Positions 36,344 through 45,138 of a stretch of DNA of 64,000 bases are shown here, piece by piece. Position 1 is the stretch's first letter; every line of letters starts with the position of its first letter. The position numbers and the translations under genes are program-made. The DNA comes from Anaerolineales bacterium (GTDB lineage Bacteria > Chloroflexota > Anaerolineae > Anaerolineales > RBG-16-64-43), in contig DATEAT010000007.1 in the NCBI GenBank assembly GCA_035288225.1, positions 4,828-68,827 of the forward strand, read 5' to 3'. Under the pieces are notes generated by a model that was given only the letters and a program-made list of their open reading frames with translations, ran no database searches and had not been told where the DNA came from.

Positions 36344-39300
36344 ACCGCTCCTCCCCCCGGACGGGCGTCTACGTCTGCCAGTGTGGGACCAATATTGCCG
36401 CGACGGTGGAGGTGCAGCAGGTAGCCGAGTTCGCGCGCGACCTGCCGGGCGTGGTGGCCGCCCGCAGTTACAGCTATATGTGCTCCGAGCCCGGCCAGGC
36501 GCTGATCAAGCAAGACATCCAGGACCACGGCCTCAACCGCGTGGTGGTGGCCTCCTGTTCGCCGCTCATGCACGAGCCCACATTCCGGCGCGCATGTGCC
36601 GAGGCCGGCCTCAACCCCTTCTGCATGCAGATGGCCAACATCCGCGAGCACTGTGCCTGGGTCATCGACGACCGTCAGCAGGCCACCGCCAAGGCCAAGC
36701 ATCTGGTGGCGGCCGCGGTCCGCCGGGTGGCTCAGCACCGCCCGCTGGAGATGCGCCAGGTGCATGTGGAGCCAGCCGCGCTGGTGGTGGGCGCGGGCAT
36801 CGCCGGCATCGAGGCGGCGCTGCGCCTGGCGGAGGCGGGCAAGCAGGTCTATCTGGTGGAGCGCGAGCCGTCGATCGGCGGCCACATGGCCCAGCTCTAC
36901 AAGACCTTTCCCACCCTCGACTGTGCGGCTTGAATACTCACACCCAAAATGGTGTCCGTTGGACGCCAAAAGAACATCAAGCTGCTGAGCTACAGCGAAA
37001 TCGAATCGGTTTCAGGCTATGTGGGCAACTTCGAGGTGCGCGTGCGGCGCAAGCCGCGCTACATCGATGAGAGCAAGTGCACCGGCTGCGGCAATTGCGC
37101 CACCGTCTGCCCGATCGAGGTGACCAACGTCTTCGACCTGGGGCTGAGCACGCGCCGCGCGGTGTACCGCCACTCGCCGCAAGCCGTGCCCGGCGCGTTT
37201 ACGATTGAGAAGCGCGGCATCGCCCCGTGCCGCAATGCCTGCCCAACCGACCAGCGCGCCCAGGGTTACATCGCCCTGGTTCGCCAGCGGCGTTTCGCCG
37301 ATGCCTACTGGGCCATCCGCCGCGAGCATCCCTTCCCCTCGGTGTGCGGGCGCGTGTGCAACCATCGCTGCGAAGATGCATGCAGCCGGGGCAGTTACGA
37401 TCAGCCGGTCAATATCATGGCCCTCAAGCGATTCGTCGCAGATTGGGCCTTCGACCATCGCGACCAGCTCCCGGCCCAGCGCGCCAAGTCGCTCACCGGC
37501 ACGCCCTTTGCCGTGCACCCGACGGCCAGCGGCAAGAAAATTGCGATCATCGGCGCCGGGCCGGCCGGGCTGACCACCGCCCTCGACCTGGTGCGCCTCG
37601 GCCACCAAACCACGGTATTCGATTCACTGCCGGTGGCCGGCGGGATGATGCGCGTGGGCATCCCGCCCCATCGCATGCCGCTGGAACTCATCGAATGGGA
37701 GATTCAGCAGATTCTGGACGAGGGCGTGCAATTGCGCCTGAACACGTGGGTTGACGACATCCCGGCGCTGCTCGACCAGGGCTACCATGCGGTGCTCATC
37801 GCCACCGGTGCCCACCAGGCCAAGAAGATTCCCATCCGCAACTCGAACCATCCCGACAACTGGCTCAGCCTGAACCTGTTGCGGCGTGTGGCGCAGGGCG
37901 AGGCGATCGACCTGCGCGAGCGCAGCGTGATCGTGATGGGCGGCGGCAACGTGGCCCTCGACACGGCGCGCACGGTAGTGCGCCTGGGCGCGCGCCAAGT
38001 GAGCATCGTGTGCCTCGAACCGCGCGGCGAGATGCCGGGCTTCGCCTGGGAAGTGGGGGTGGCCGAGCAGGAGGGCATCCACGTGCTGCCCGGGCGGACC
38101 TTTAAGGAAGTGGTGGTCAAGGGCAGCCGCATCAGCGGGCTGCGCTGCACCGAGGTTGTCTTCCGTGGCTTCAAGCGCGGGCGGCCCGATATCAGCGAGA
38201 TTCCCGGCACCGAGCACGTTGTGCCCGGCGATCTGGTGATCTGGGCCATCGGCCAGGGGCCGGATTTCTCCTTCCTGCCCGGCGACGGCAGCATCAACAC
38301 GTGTTATCCGGTGGGTATCCAGACCAACAGCGAGATGATGACCACCACCCCGGGCGTGTTCTGCGCGGGTGATGTGCGCCGCGGGCAGACCTTCTTTGTG
38401 GTCGACGCCATCGGCGAGGGCCACCACGCCGCGCGCTGCATCGACCGTTACCTGCGCGGCGAGCAGGGTGTGCAAGAAACGCATCGGCCGCCGGTGGTGG
38501 AATTGCGCCGCGAGGAGATCGAGCACAAATTGGAGCTGGGGGAAGCCGCGCGCCATCCGCGCGCGGTGATCCGCAACATCGGCGTGGAAGCGCGCCGGCT
38601 CAACTTCCGCGAAGTGGATCTCACGCTGACCGAAGCCGAGGCTGTGGCCGAGGCCGAGCGCTGCCTGCGCTGCGGAGTATGTTCCGAGTGCTTGGAGTGC
38701 GTCTCGGCATGCGAGCGAGGGGCGATCAACCACGACATGCAGGCCGAGATCTTGGATCTCAAGGTGGGGACGCTGGTGCTGGCCACCGGCTTCCGCGATT
38801 TCGACCCGCGAGTTGCCCCTGAGCTGGGTTACGGGCGCCTGCCAAATGTGCTGAGCGCTATGGAGTTTGAGCGGCTGATCAACACCGGCGGCCCGACGCT
38901 GGGCAAGGTGCTGCTCGCCAACGGTCAGCCGCCCAAGCGGGTGGCCATCGTGCACTGTGTGGGCAGCCGCGACGACCGCTACCACGAGTATTGCTCGCGC
39001 GCCTGTTGCATGTACTCACTCAAGATCGCCCAACTGGCACACGAGTACCTGCAGGCGGAGGTGTTCGAGATCTACCGCGACATGCGCTCCTTCGGCAAAG
39101 GCTACGAGGAGTTCTACAACCGCACGCGCGCGAGCGGCGTTAACTTCTTCCACGGCCGGGTGCGCGAGGTGACGGCGGTTGATGGACACCTGCGCGTGCA
39201 GTGGGAAGAGAGTTTCCACAACGAGCCCGACCAGGTGGACGTGGACCTCGTGATTCTCGCCACGGGCATGGAACCGCAAGGCGATACGGCACGCATGGCG

Positions 39301-39762
39301 AAGCTTTTCGGTCTCTCGCGCAGCCGGGATGGGTTCTTCCTCGAGCGCCATCCCAAGCTCGCCCCAGTGGAGACCTCCTCGCAGGGCATCTTCCTTGCCG
39401 GAGCGTGCCAGAGTCCCAAAGACATCCCCGACACGGTGGCGCAGGCCTCTGCCGCTGCAGCCGGCGCGCTGGCCCTCATCGACCAGCACACCATCAGCCT
39501 GGATCCCTCCATTGCCGAGGTGGAGGCGGCACGCTGCCTAGGCTGCGGCCAGTGTGCAGCCGCCTGCCCGTATGGGGCCATCGAACTGGCGCGCGGCAAG
39601 GCCGCGGTCAACGCCTACTTGTGCAAAGGCTGCGGCACGTGCGCCGGGGCGTGCCCGAACAAGGCCATGAGCCTCATCCATTTCGACGACCGCGAGTTGA
39701 TTGCCGAACTGGACGGTGCCCTGGCGTGGATCGATGCCGCCGAAGAGGTGGGCCATGTATGA
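36340..39762 (+). CDS. Chimeric HdrA-like flavoprotein with inserted GltD/NfnB-like NAD(P)H-binding module, selenocysteine-containing (TGA 36931-36933 read as Sec)
   Basis: ATG 36340 overlaps the hdrA stop (ATGA). ORFs ..36933 and 36949.. share a frame across TGA, in the identical TLDCAA-U-ILTPKMVSVGR context. The middle about 430 aa has CRNACP..VCGRVCNHRCEDAC, GKKIAIIGAGPAGL, VIVMGGGNVALD and GVFCAGD. The flanks are collinear with HdrA. Confidence 0.75.
36950..36968 (+). other. Putative SECIS-like hairpin (UGGUGUCC guu GGACGCCA)
   Basis: 8-bp stem starting 16 nt after the UGA at 36931. Confidence 0.4.
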
Positions 39763-40243
39763 ACCCAAGGTGATCGGATTCCTGTGTACCTGGTGCAGCT
39801 ACACCGGCGCCGACTCGGCCGGCACCTCGCGCCTGAAAACCCCGTGGAACCTGCGCGCCGTGCGCGTGCCGTGCTCCGGGCGCGTGGCGCCGGAGCTCAT
39901 CCTGCGCGCCTTCGACCAAGGGGCCGACGGCGTTCTGGTGCTCGGCTGCCACATCGGCGAATGCCACTACGACAGCGGCAACCATCGCGCCGCTAAGCGC
40001 ATCCCGCTGCTGCTCTCCATCCTGGAGTTTGCCGGGATGCAGCCCGAGCGGCTGCGTTTGGATTGGGTGTCGGCCTCGGAGGGCGATCGCTACGCGCGGA
40101 TCGTGAGCGAGTTTGTCGACGCGCTGCGCCCACTTGGGCCCGACACCTGGCGTATCAGCGGCGCCGCCCCGAGGGCCGACGCGGCGATCGGCGTGCCGCT
40201 GGCGGCGTCGTCGGAGCTGAGCGGAGGCGCACCATGTCCATAA
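39755..40243 (+). CDS. mvhD: MvhD/FlpD-like protein (methyl-viologen-reducing hydrogenase delta subunit family)
   Basis: GFLCTWCSYTGADSAG..VPCSGRV..GADGVLVLGCHIGECHY. The start overlaps the upstream stop by 8 nt. Confidence 0.8.
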   Translation: MYEPKVIGFLCTWCSYTGADSAGTSRLKTPWNLRAVRVPCSGRVAPELILRAFDQGADGVLVLGCHIGECHYDSGNHRAAKRIPLLLSILEFAGMQPERLRLDWVSASEGDRYARIVSEFVDALRPLGPDTWRISGAAPRADAAIGVPLAASSELSGGAPCP

Positions 40244-41127
40244 GCGAAGCCATGCAATCCGCGGCGCGCGATGTGCTGGCCTCCGGCCAAGTACAACGGG
40301 TCATCGGCTACGAGGTAGGCCCGCACGGCCGCGTTCGCCCGGCGATCATCGACCGGCCGGAGGAGGCCGGGCGCCTGGTGTGGAGCGCGGACTGCACACA
40401 TAACCTGACTGTCTACCTGCAGCGCGCCTTGAACGGCGAGAACGGCCGCGCCTCGCACGAGGCCGCGACCCCGCCGACGCGCGTCGCCATCGTCGTCAAG
40501 CCGTGCGACAGCCGCGCGATCAATGTGCTGCTCGCCGAGCACCAGTTCTCACGCGAGCAGGTTTTCGCCATCGGCATGGCCTGCGAGGGGATACGCCAGG
40601 GCGCGCCGGCCAGTGTGCCGGAGGCGACGCTGCAGGCACGCTGCCTGCGCTGCCGCGAGCGGGTGCCGGTAGTCCAGGATGTGCTGCTCGGCGAGCCGCC
40701 GAGCGCGCTGCCGGAGGCGCTGCCGGACGAGGCGCTGGCGCACGTGCGCGGCATGCCGCCGGCCGAGCGGGCCGCCTTCTGGCTCAGCCAGTTCGATCGG
40801 TGCATTCGCTGCTACGCCTGTCGCCAGGCCTGTCCGATGTGCAATTGCCCGACCTGTCTCTTCGAACAAGAGGATGCACTGTGGGTGGGCATGCGCATCG
40901 CGCCCTCCGAGAAGCGCACCTTCCACTTGGGGCGCGCGCTGCACCTCGCCGGGCGCTGCGTCGGCTGTAACGAGTGCGAACGAGTGTGCCCGATGGGCAT
41001 TCCGATCGGGCTGCTCAACCGCCATCTGGCGGAGACCGTCGAGAGCCTGTACGGTCATCGGGCCGGGATGCAGCCGGTGCTCTCACCGGTGACGGGCATG
41101 CTCAGCGCGGAGGAGAGTGCCCCATGA
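40234..41127 (+). CDS. Iron-sulfur protein, 4Fe-4S dicluster type (FlxC / HydB / AsrA-related)
   Basis: VKPCDSRAINVL, CIRCYACRQACPMCNC and CVGCNECERVCPMGIP. Overlaps mvhD by 10 nt. Confidence 0.6.
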   Translation: MSISEAMQSAARDVLASGQVQRVIGYEVGPHGRVRPAIIDRPEEAGRLVWSADCTHNLTVYLQRALNGENGRASHEAATPPTRVAIVVKPCDSRAINVLLAEHQFSREQVFAIGMACEGIRQGAPASVPEATLQARCLRCRERVPVVQDVLLGEPPSALPEALPDEALAHVRGMPPAERAAFWLSQFDRCIRCYACRQACPMCNCPTCLFEQEDALWVGMRIAPSEKRTFHLGRALHLAGRCVGCNECERVCPMGIPIGLLNRHLAETVESLYGHRAGMQPVLSPVTGMLSAEESAP

Positions 41128-42122
41128 AGACTCTCTCGCGAGAGAATCTCAACCTCTGGCTGGATGGGCTGGCGGCGCAGCAGGTGCTCATCGCCCCGCA
41201 CCTCGAGGCGCAAGGCGTGTTCTATCGCCCGGTGCAGCGGGCCCAGGAGATTGCCTGGGAGGCAGGCCGCCCGGTGCTCTCGGCCAAGGAATTCCTGTTT
41301 CCCCCCAGCGAACGCCTGCTCAAGGTGGAGAAGCGCGGGCCGGACATCCGTCTCGAGGCCAGCCCTTCCGCCGCGCCACAAGTGATCTTTGGCCTACGCC
41401 CGTGCGATGCGCGCGGCATCCGCGTGTTGGACGCGGCCTTCGTCGATACACCGCCGATTGACCCCCAGTATGCGAGCCGCCGTGAGAACACGCTGCTCGT
41501 GGGGCTGGCCTGTCGCAGCATGGGCGCCTCCTGCTTCTGTACCGCCGTGGGCCTGGCACCGGATGACCCGCGCGACATGGACGTGATGTTCAGCGATCGC
41601 GGGGCGACGCTGGCCGTGCAGGCCCTGACCCCGCGCGGCGAGGCGCTCATCGCCAACCTGGCGCTGGTCGAGGAGCCAGGGGAAGTGGCGCCCGCCTCGC
41701 GACGAGAGGTGAGCGGCCTGCCAACGGCCGAGGCTTGGAAAGAGAGTTACAGCGACGCGCGATGGGCCAAGCACGGCGAGCGCTGCCTGAGCTGCCGCCT
41801 GTGCGCTTACGTCTGCCCCACCTGCCGCTGTTACGACGTACGCGATGAGGCGCTGCCCTCCCCGCCGGGCGAGGCACACTTCGAGCGGTTGCGCACATGG
41901 GATAGCTGCACGCGGGAAGGCTACCGGCGCACGGCCGGCGGGCACAACCCGCGCGCGGCTTCGGGCAGCCGCCTGCGCAACCGGCTGCTGTGCAAGTTCG
42001 TCTACTACCCGCATCAGTATGGCCCTGCCGCCTGCACCGGTTGCGGTCGCTGCCTCGACGCATGCCCGGTGAACCTCGACCTGCTCGAGATTGGCGGCGC
42101 GCTTCAGGAGGCTGCCCAATGA
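41124..42122 (+). CDS. Iron-sulfur protein, anaerobic sulfite reductase subunit A / sulfhydrogenase beta (HydB) / FlxB-like
   Basis: LRPCDARGIRVLD, CFCTAVG, CLSCRLCAYVCPTCRCYD and CTGCGRCLDACPVNL. ATGA overlap with the upstream gene. Confidence 0.65.
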   Translation: MKTLSRENLNLWLDGLAAQQVLIAPHLEAQGVFYRPVQRAQEIAWEAGRPVLSAKEFLFPPSERLLKVEKRGPDIRLEASPSAAPQVIFGLRPCDARGIRVLDAAFVDTPPIDPQYASRRENTLLVGLACRSMGASCFCTAVGLAPDDPRDMDVMFSDRGATLAVQALTPRGEALIANLALVEEPGEVAPASRREVSGLPTAEAWKESYSDARWAKHGERCLSCRLCAYVCPTCRCYDVRDEALPSPPGEAHFERLRTWDSCTREGYRRTAGGHNPRAASGSRLRNRLLCKFVYYPHQYGPAACTGCGRCLDACPVNLDLLEIGGALQEAAQ

Positions 42123-42964
42123 GCACAGCCGACGGCACCGATCCGATGTATCCACTCCTGGGGCGATTGGTTTCCAGCCGCGACATGGGGCGCGAGATCA
42201 AACTGCTCGGGGTGAAGCTGCTCAATGGAACACAGCCCCGCTTTCCAGCCTATGCGCCGGGTCAGTTCGCCTTCCTTTCGGCGTTCGGAATCGGCGAGGC
42301 GCCCTTCGGGCTGGCCTCCACCACCGAACGAGGCGAAGTGCTTGAGTTCGCCGTGCAGCGCCTGGGCTCCGTGACGACCGGCCTGCACGAGCTGGCCGAG
42401 GGCGATGCGCTGGGGGTGCGCGGCCCCCTGGGCAACACCTTCCCGATGGAGGCCTTCCAGCACAAGAACTTGCTCGTGCTCGGCGGCGGCATCGGCGGCG
42501 CGCCGTTGCGCCCGCTGATTCACAGCGTACTCGACCACCGCCAGGATTATGGTCAATTGACCATTCTGTGGGCAGCCCGCCACCCCTCGCTGCTCATATT
42601 CCGCGACGAATACGAAAGTTGGCGCGCCGCGCCGCACACCGAGCTGCACCTGACCGTGGATGAGGCGGATGCCGCGTGGGATCATCACGTGGGCCTGATG
42701 ACCGATCTTGTGCGGCAGGTGGCGCCCTCAGCCGCCAACACCATCGCCATCACCTGCGGGCCGCCGATTATGATCTATCACGTCGACAAGCTGCTCAGCG
42801 AACTGGGCTTCGCGCCCGAGCAGCGCTACGTCACGCTCGAGGCGCGCATGCACTGCGGCCTGGGCAAGTGCGGACGATGTAATATGGGCGAGCTCTTGGT
42901 GTGCCGCGACGGGCCGGTCTTTTCTATGGCCCAGGTCGGCAACTTCTTGGAGAGTTACCTGTAG
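42119..42964 (+). CDS. FAD/NAD(P)-binding oxidoreductase with C-terminal [2Fe-2S] (AsrB / HydG / PyrK / NfnA / FlxA-like)
   Basis: PGQFAFLS, LLVLGGGIGGAPLRPL and the C-terminal CGLGKCGRCNMG...VCRDGPVF. ATGA overlap with the upstream gene. Confidence 0.7.
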   Translation: MSTADGTDPMYPLLGRLVSSRDMGREIKLLGVKLLNGTQPRFPAYAPGQFAFLSAFGIGEAPFGLASTTERGEVLEFAVQRLGSVTTGLHELAEGDALGVRGPLGNTFPMEAFQHKNLLVLGGGIGGAPLRPLIHSVLDHRQDYGQLTILWAARHPSLLIFRDEYESWRAAPHTELHLTVDEADAAWDHHVGLMTDLVRQVAPSAANTIAITCGPPIMIYHVDKLLSELGFAPEQRYVTLEARMHCGLGKCGRCNMGELLVCRDGPVFSMAQVGNFLESYL

Positions 42965-43000
42965 AGGGAAACCGCCACGCGCGGGAGAGGGCGGGGCACA

Positions 43001-43030
43001 TATGCGGGTCGCCATCTGGCGACCCGCATA
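43001..43030. terminator. 13-bp perfect hairpin between convergent operons (TATGCGGGTCGCC atct GGCGACCCGCATA)
   Basis: Read directly. It lies 37 nt after the stop at 42964 and 30 nt from the kinase stop at 43060. Confidence 0.6.
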
Positions 43031-43059
43031 CGATTCGTGCTGCACAGGGGCCGTCCGGG

Positions 43060-44946
43060 TCAGGCAGCCCGCGCGGGTTCCGGGGCTGCAGTCTCCAGGG
43101 GAAGCACAACAGTGAAAGTGGTGCCGCGTCCTTCCTCGCTTTGCACGCTGATCAACCCCCCAAAGGAATCCACCAGACGCTTGACGATGCTCAGGCCCAG
43201 GCCGGTGCCCACGATCCCGGAGTGGCGCGCATTGGAGGCGCGGAAGAATTCTTCCCACAGGCGCGGCATCTCGTCCCGCGGAATGCCCATGCCGGTATCG
43301 GCGATCACCACCTCGGCCGAGGTGGCGCGCAGACCGACGCGCACCTCCACCTGCCCGTCGGCCGGGGTGTATTTGACCGCGTTGCCAATCAGATTCTCAA
43401 GGACGCCCGCCAACCCGTCGTGTGTCGCGCGCACGTCCACCTTCCCCGGCGGCAAGCGCACGCGCAGCCCCACCCGTTTGACCTTGGCGGCCGCTGCGTG
43501 CTGCTCGACCGCCCACTGCACCACCGCCTTGAGCTCCACCGCCTCGGTGCGCTCCTCAAAGCCCATCGTCTTGGTGGCGGCCAGGGCCAGCAGGTCGCCG
43601 ATGAGTGCCATCAACCGGTCGAGGCGGCCGAGCACGCGAGCGACGATATCCTTCTGTTTGTCGCTCATCTCGCCCGACATCCCACCCAGCATGACCCGCA
43701 GCAGGCTTTGCGCGCCGCCCACCGGCGAGCGCAATTCGTGGGTCACCGTGCGCACGAACTCCGCGCGGGCCTGGTCGGCACGCTGCAGCGCCTCGTGCGC
43801 CTGGGCGTTTTCGATGGCCACCGCTCCCTCGCGTGCGATGGCCGTGACATAGTCAGCGTCGGCCGGAGTGAAGCGCCGCGGCTGATCGGCGTACACGCGC
43901 AGCACCCCCAGCGGGCGCGTGCGGCCCATGATCGGGACCACCAGGATACTGAGAATACCCTCCTGAATGACCTCGTCGGGATACTGCAAGCGGTCGTCGG
44001 CCAGCACATCATTGACGATGACCGGAGTCCCCGAGAGCACCTCGCGATCCATGGGACTGCGCGAAAGATCCACCGGCCCTTTGCGCTGGTATTCCGCACG
44101 CAGCCCATAGGAGGCCGCCAGGATGAGCCTCTCGCCCGTTTCATCCAGCAGGCGGATGGAGGCGCGCTCCGTGGAGAGCACGTGTGCGGCGTTGCGCGCC
44201 AGGCGTTCGAGCACCTGCGGCAAGCTGAGCGTCGACGAAACGGCTTGCGTCGCCTGCAGCAAGCCCACCACTTGTCGTTCGCGTTCGCGCAGGCGGTCCA
44301 TAATCGAGGCACTCAGCACGACGGTCCCCGCGGCCGCGATCCCGAAGAACCCGATTTGGGCCAGGATGAAGAGCGGCTGCCGGTAGAGGTCGGGTGGCAG
44401 GAAGGGCAGCGCCGGCAGGTTGGGCAGCACTCCGGTGGCTTCGGCGAGGGCCAGCACGATGAGCGCGCCCAGACCGATGCTCACGGTGAGCAATGGGTGC
44501 GTTCCGGGGAACAGGATGGCCCCGATCAGCATGTGGATGAGGAAGAAAGGAATTGCCGGGCTGGTCAGGCCGCCGGTCAGATGCAGGAAGATGGCCATTG
44601 CCATCCAGTCGAGCGCCACCTGGAGAAGTACCAAGCGCCGGATGCCCCGCGAATACAGCGCCGCATCGTCCGAGAAGATCCGCCCGGTGAGCCACAAGAG
44701 AACCAGATTGTAGAAGAGAATCGTGAGACCGAGCGCGACAAGCGGCGTTTCGGGGATCGGCAGACCCAGCAGTCGAACGCAAGCCAGCGCCCCGATGAGC
44801 ACGCCGGTGCCGGCCAGCCAGCGGATCTGAATCAGACGCGCACTGGTGCTGGCCACATCGCCCGGCAGCAGCCCATCGTGCCGGCTGGCGGGGATGTCGT
44901 TCTCGGGCGGGACCGCGGACAAGTCCACCTCAGGTGGTTCGGTCAC
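43060..44946 (-). CDS. Sensor histidine kinase (polytopic N-terminus, GAF, HisKA, HATPase_c); no cognate regulator adjacent
   Basis: TVTHELRSP (H-box), NLIGNAVKYT (N-box), DTGMGIP and GTGLGLSIV. GTG start. Confidence 0.8.
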   Translation of the reverse strand: MTEPPEVDLSAVPPENDIPASRHDGLLPGDVASTSARLIQIRWLAGTGVLIGALACVRLLGLPIPETPLVALGLTILFYNLVLLWLTGRIFSDDAALYSRGIRRLVLLQVALDWMAMAIFLHLTGGLTSPAIPFFLIHMLIGAILFPGTHPLLTVSIGLGALIVLALAEATGVLPNLPALPFLPPDLYRQPLFILAQIGFFGIAAAGTVVLSASIMDRLRERERQVVGLLQATQAVSSTLSLPQVLERLARNAAHVLSTERASIRLLDETGERLILAASYGLRAEYQRKGPVDLSRSPMDREVLSGTPVIVNDVLADDRLQYPDEVIQEGILSILVVPIMGRTRPLGVLRVYADQPRRFTPADADYVTAIAREGAVAIENAQAHEALQRADQARAEFVRTVTHELRSPVGGAQSLLRVMLGGMSGEMSDKQKDIVARVLGRLDRLMALIGDLLALAATKTMGFEERTEAVELKAVVQWAVEQHAAAAKVKRVGLRVRLPPGKVDVRATHDGLAGVLENLIGNAVKYTPADGQVEVRVGLRATSAEVVIADTGMGIPRDEMPRLWEEFFRASNARHSGIVGTGLGLSIVKRLVDSFGGLISVQSEEGRGTTFTVVLPLETAAPEPARAA

Positions 44947-45138
44947 TTATCGACCTCTCGCGTGCGGCCATTATCGCCAGGCCCCCTCGCGTGCGTTGCC
45001 AGCCCGGGCGACGCCGATGGTGCGGACTACGCTGCCTGCCGATTCTAGCCCAAACGGCCCACCCGCGGTGTGCGCGGCGGAACACCGCGCCGGCCACAGG
45101 CGTCTTAATCGGCAGACCCAGCAACCGGGAGGTGCCCT

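Noticed and set aside
42901-45048. Very long antisense ORFs: 42901..45048 +, 22467..24191 +, 18768..20360 +, 31492..33198 -, 1891..3156 +, 3238..4422 +, 15205..16518 -, 37624..38985 -, 34832..36166 -.
   Set aside because: Each lies opposite a gene with strong family motifs. Their translations are Arg/Ala/Gly/His-rich with no recognisable domains, which is typical of open antisense frames in high-GC DNA.
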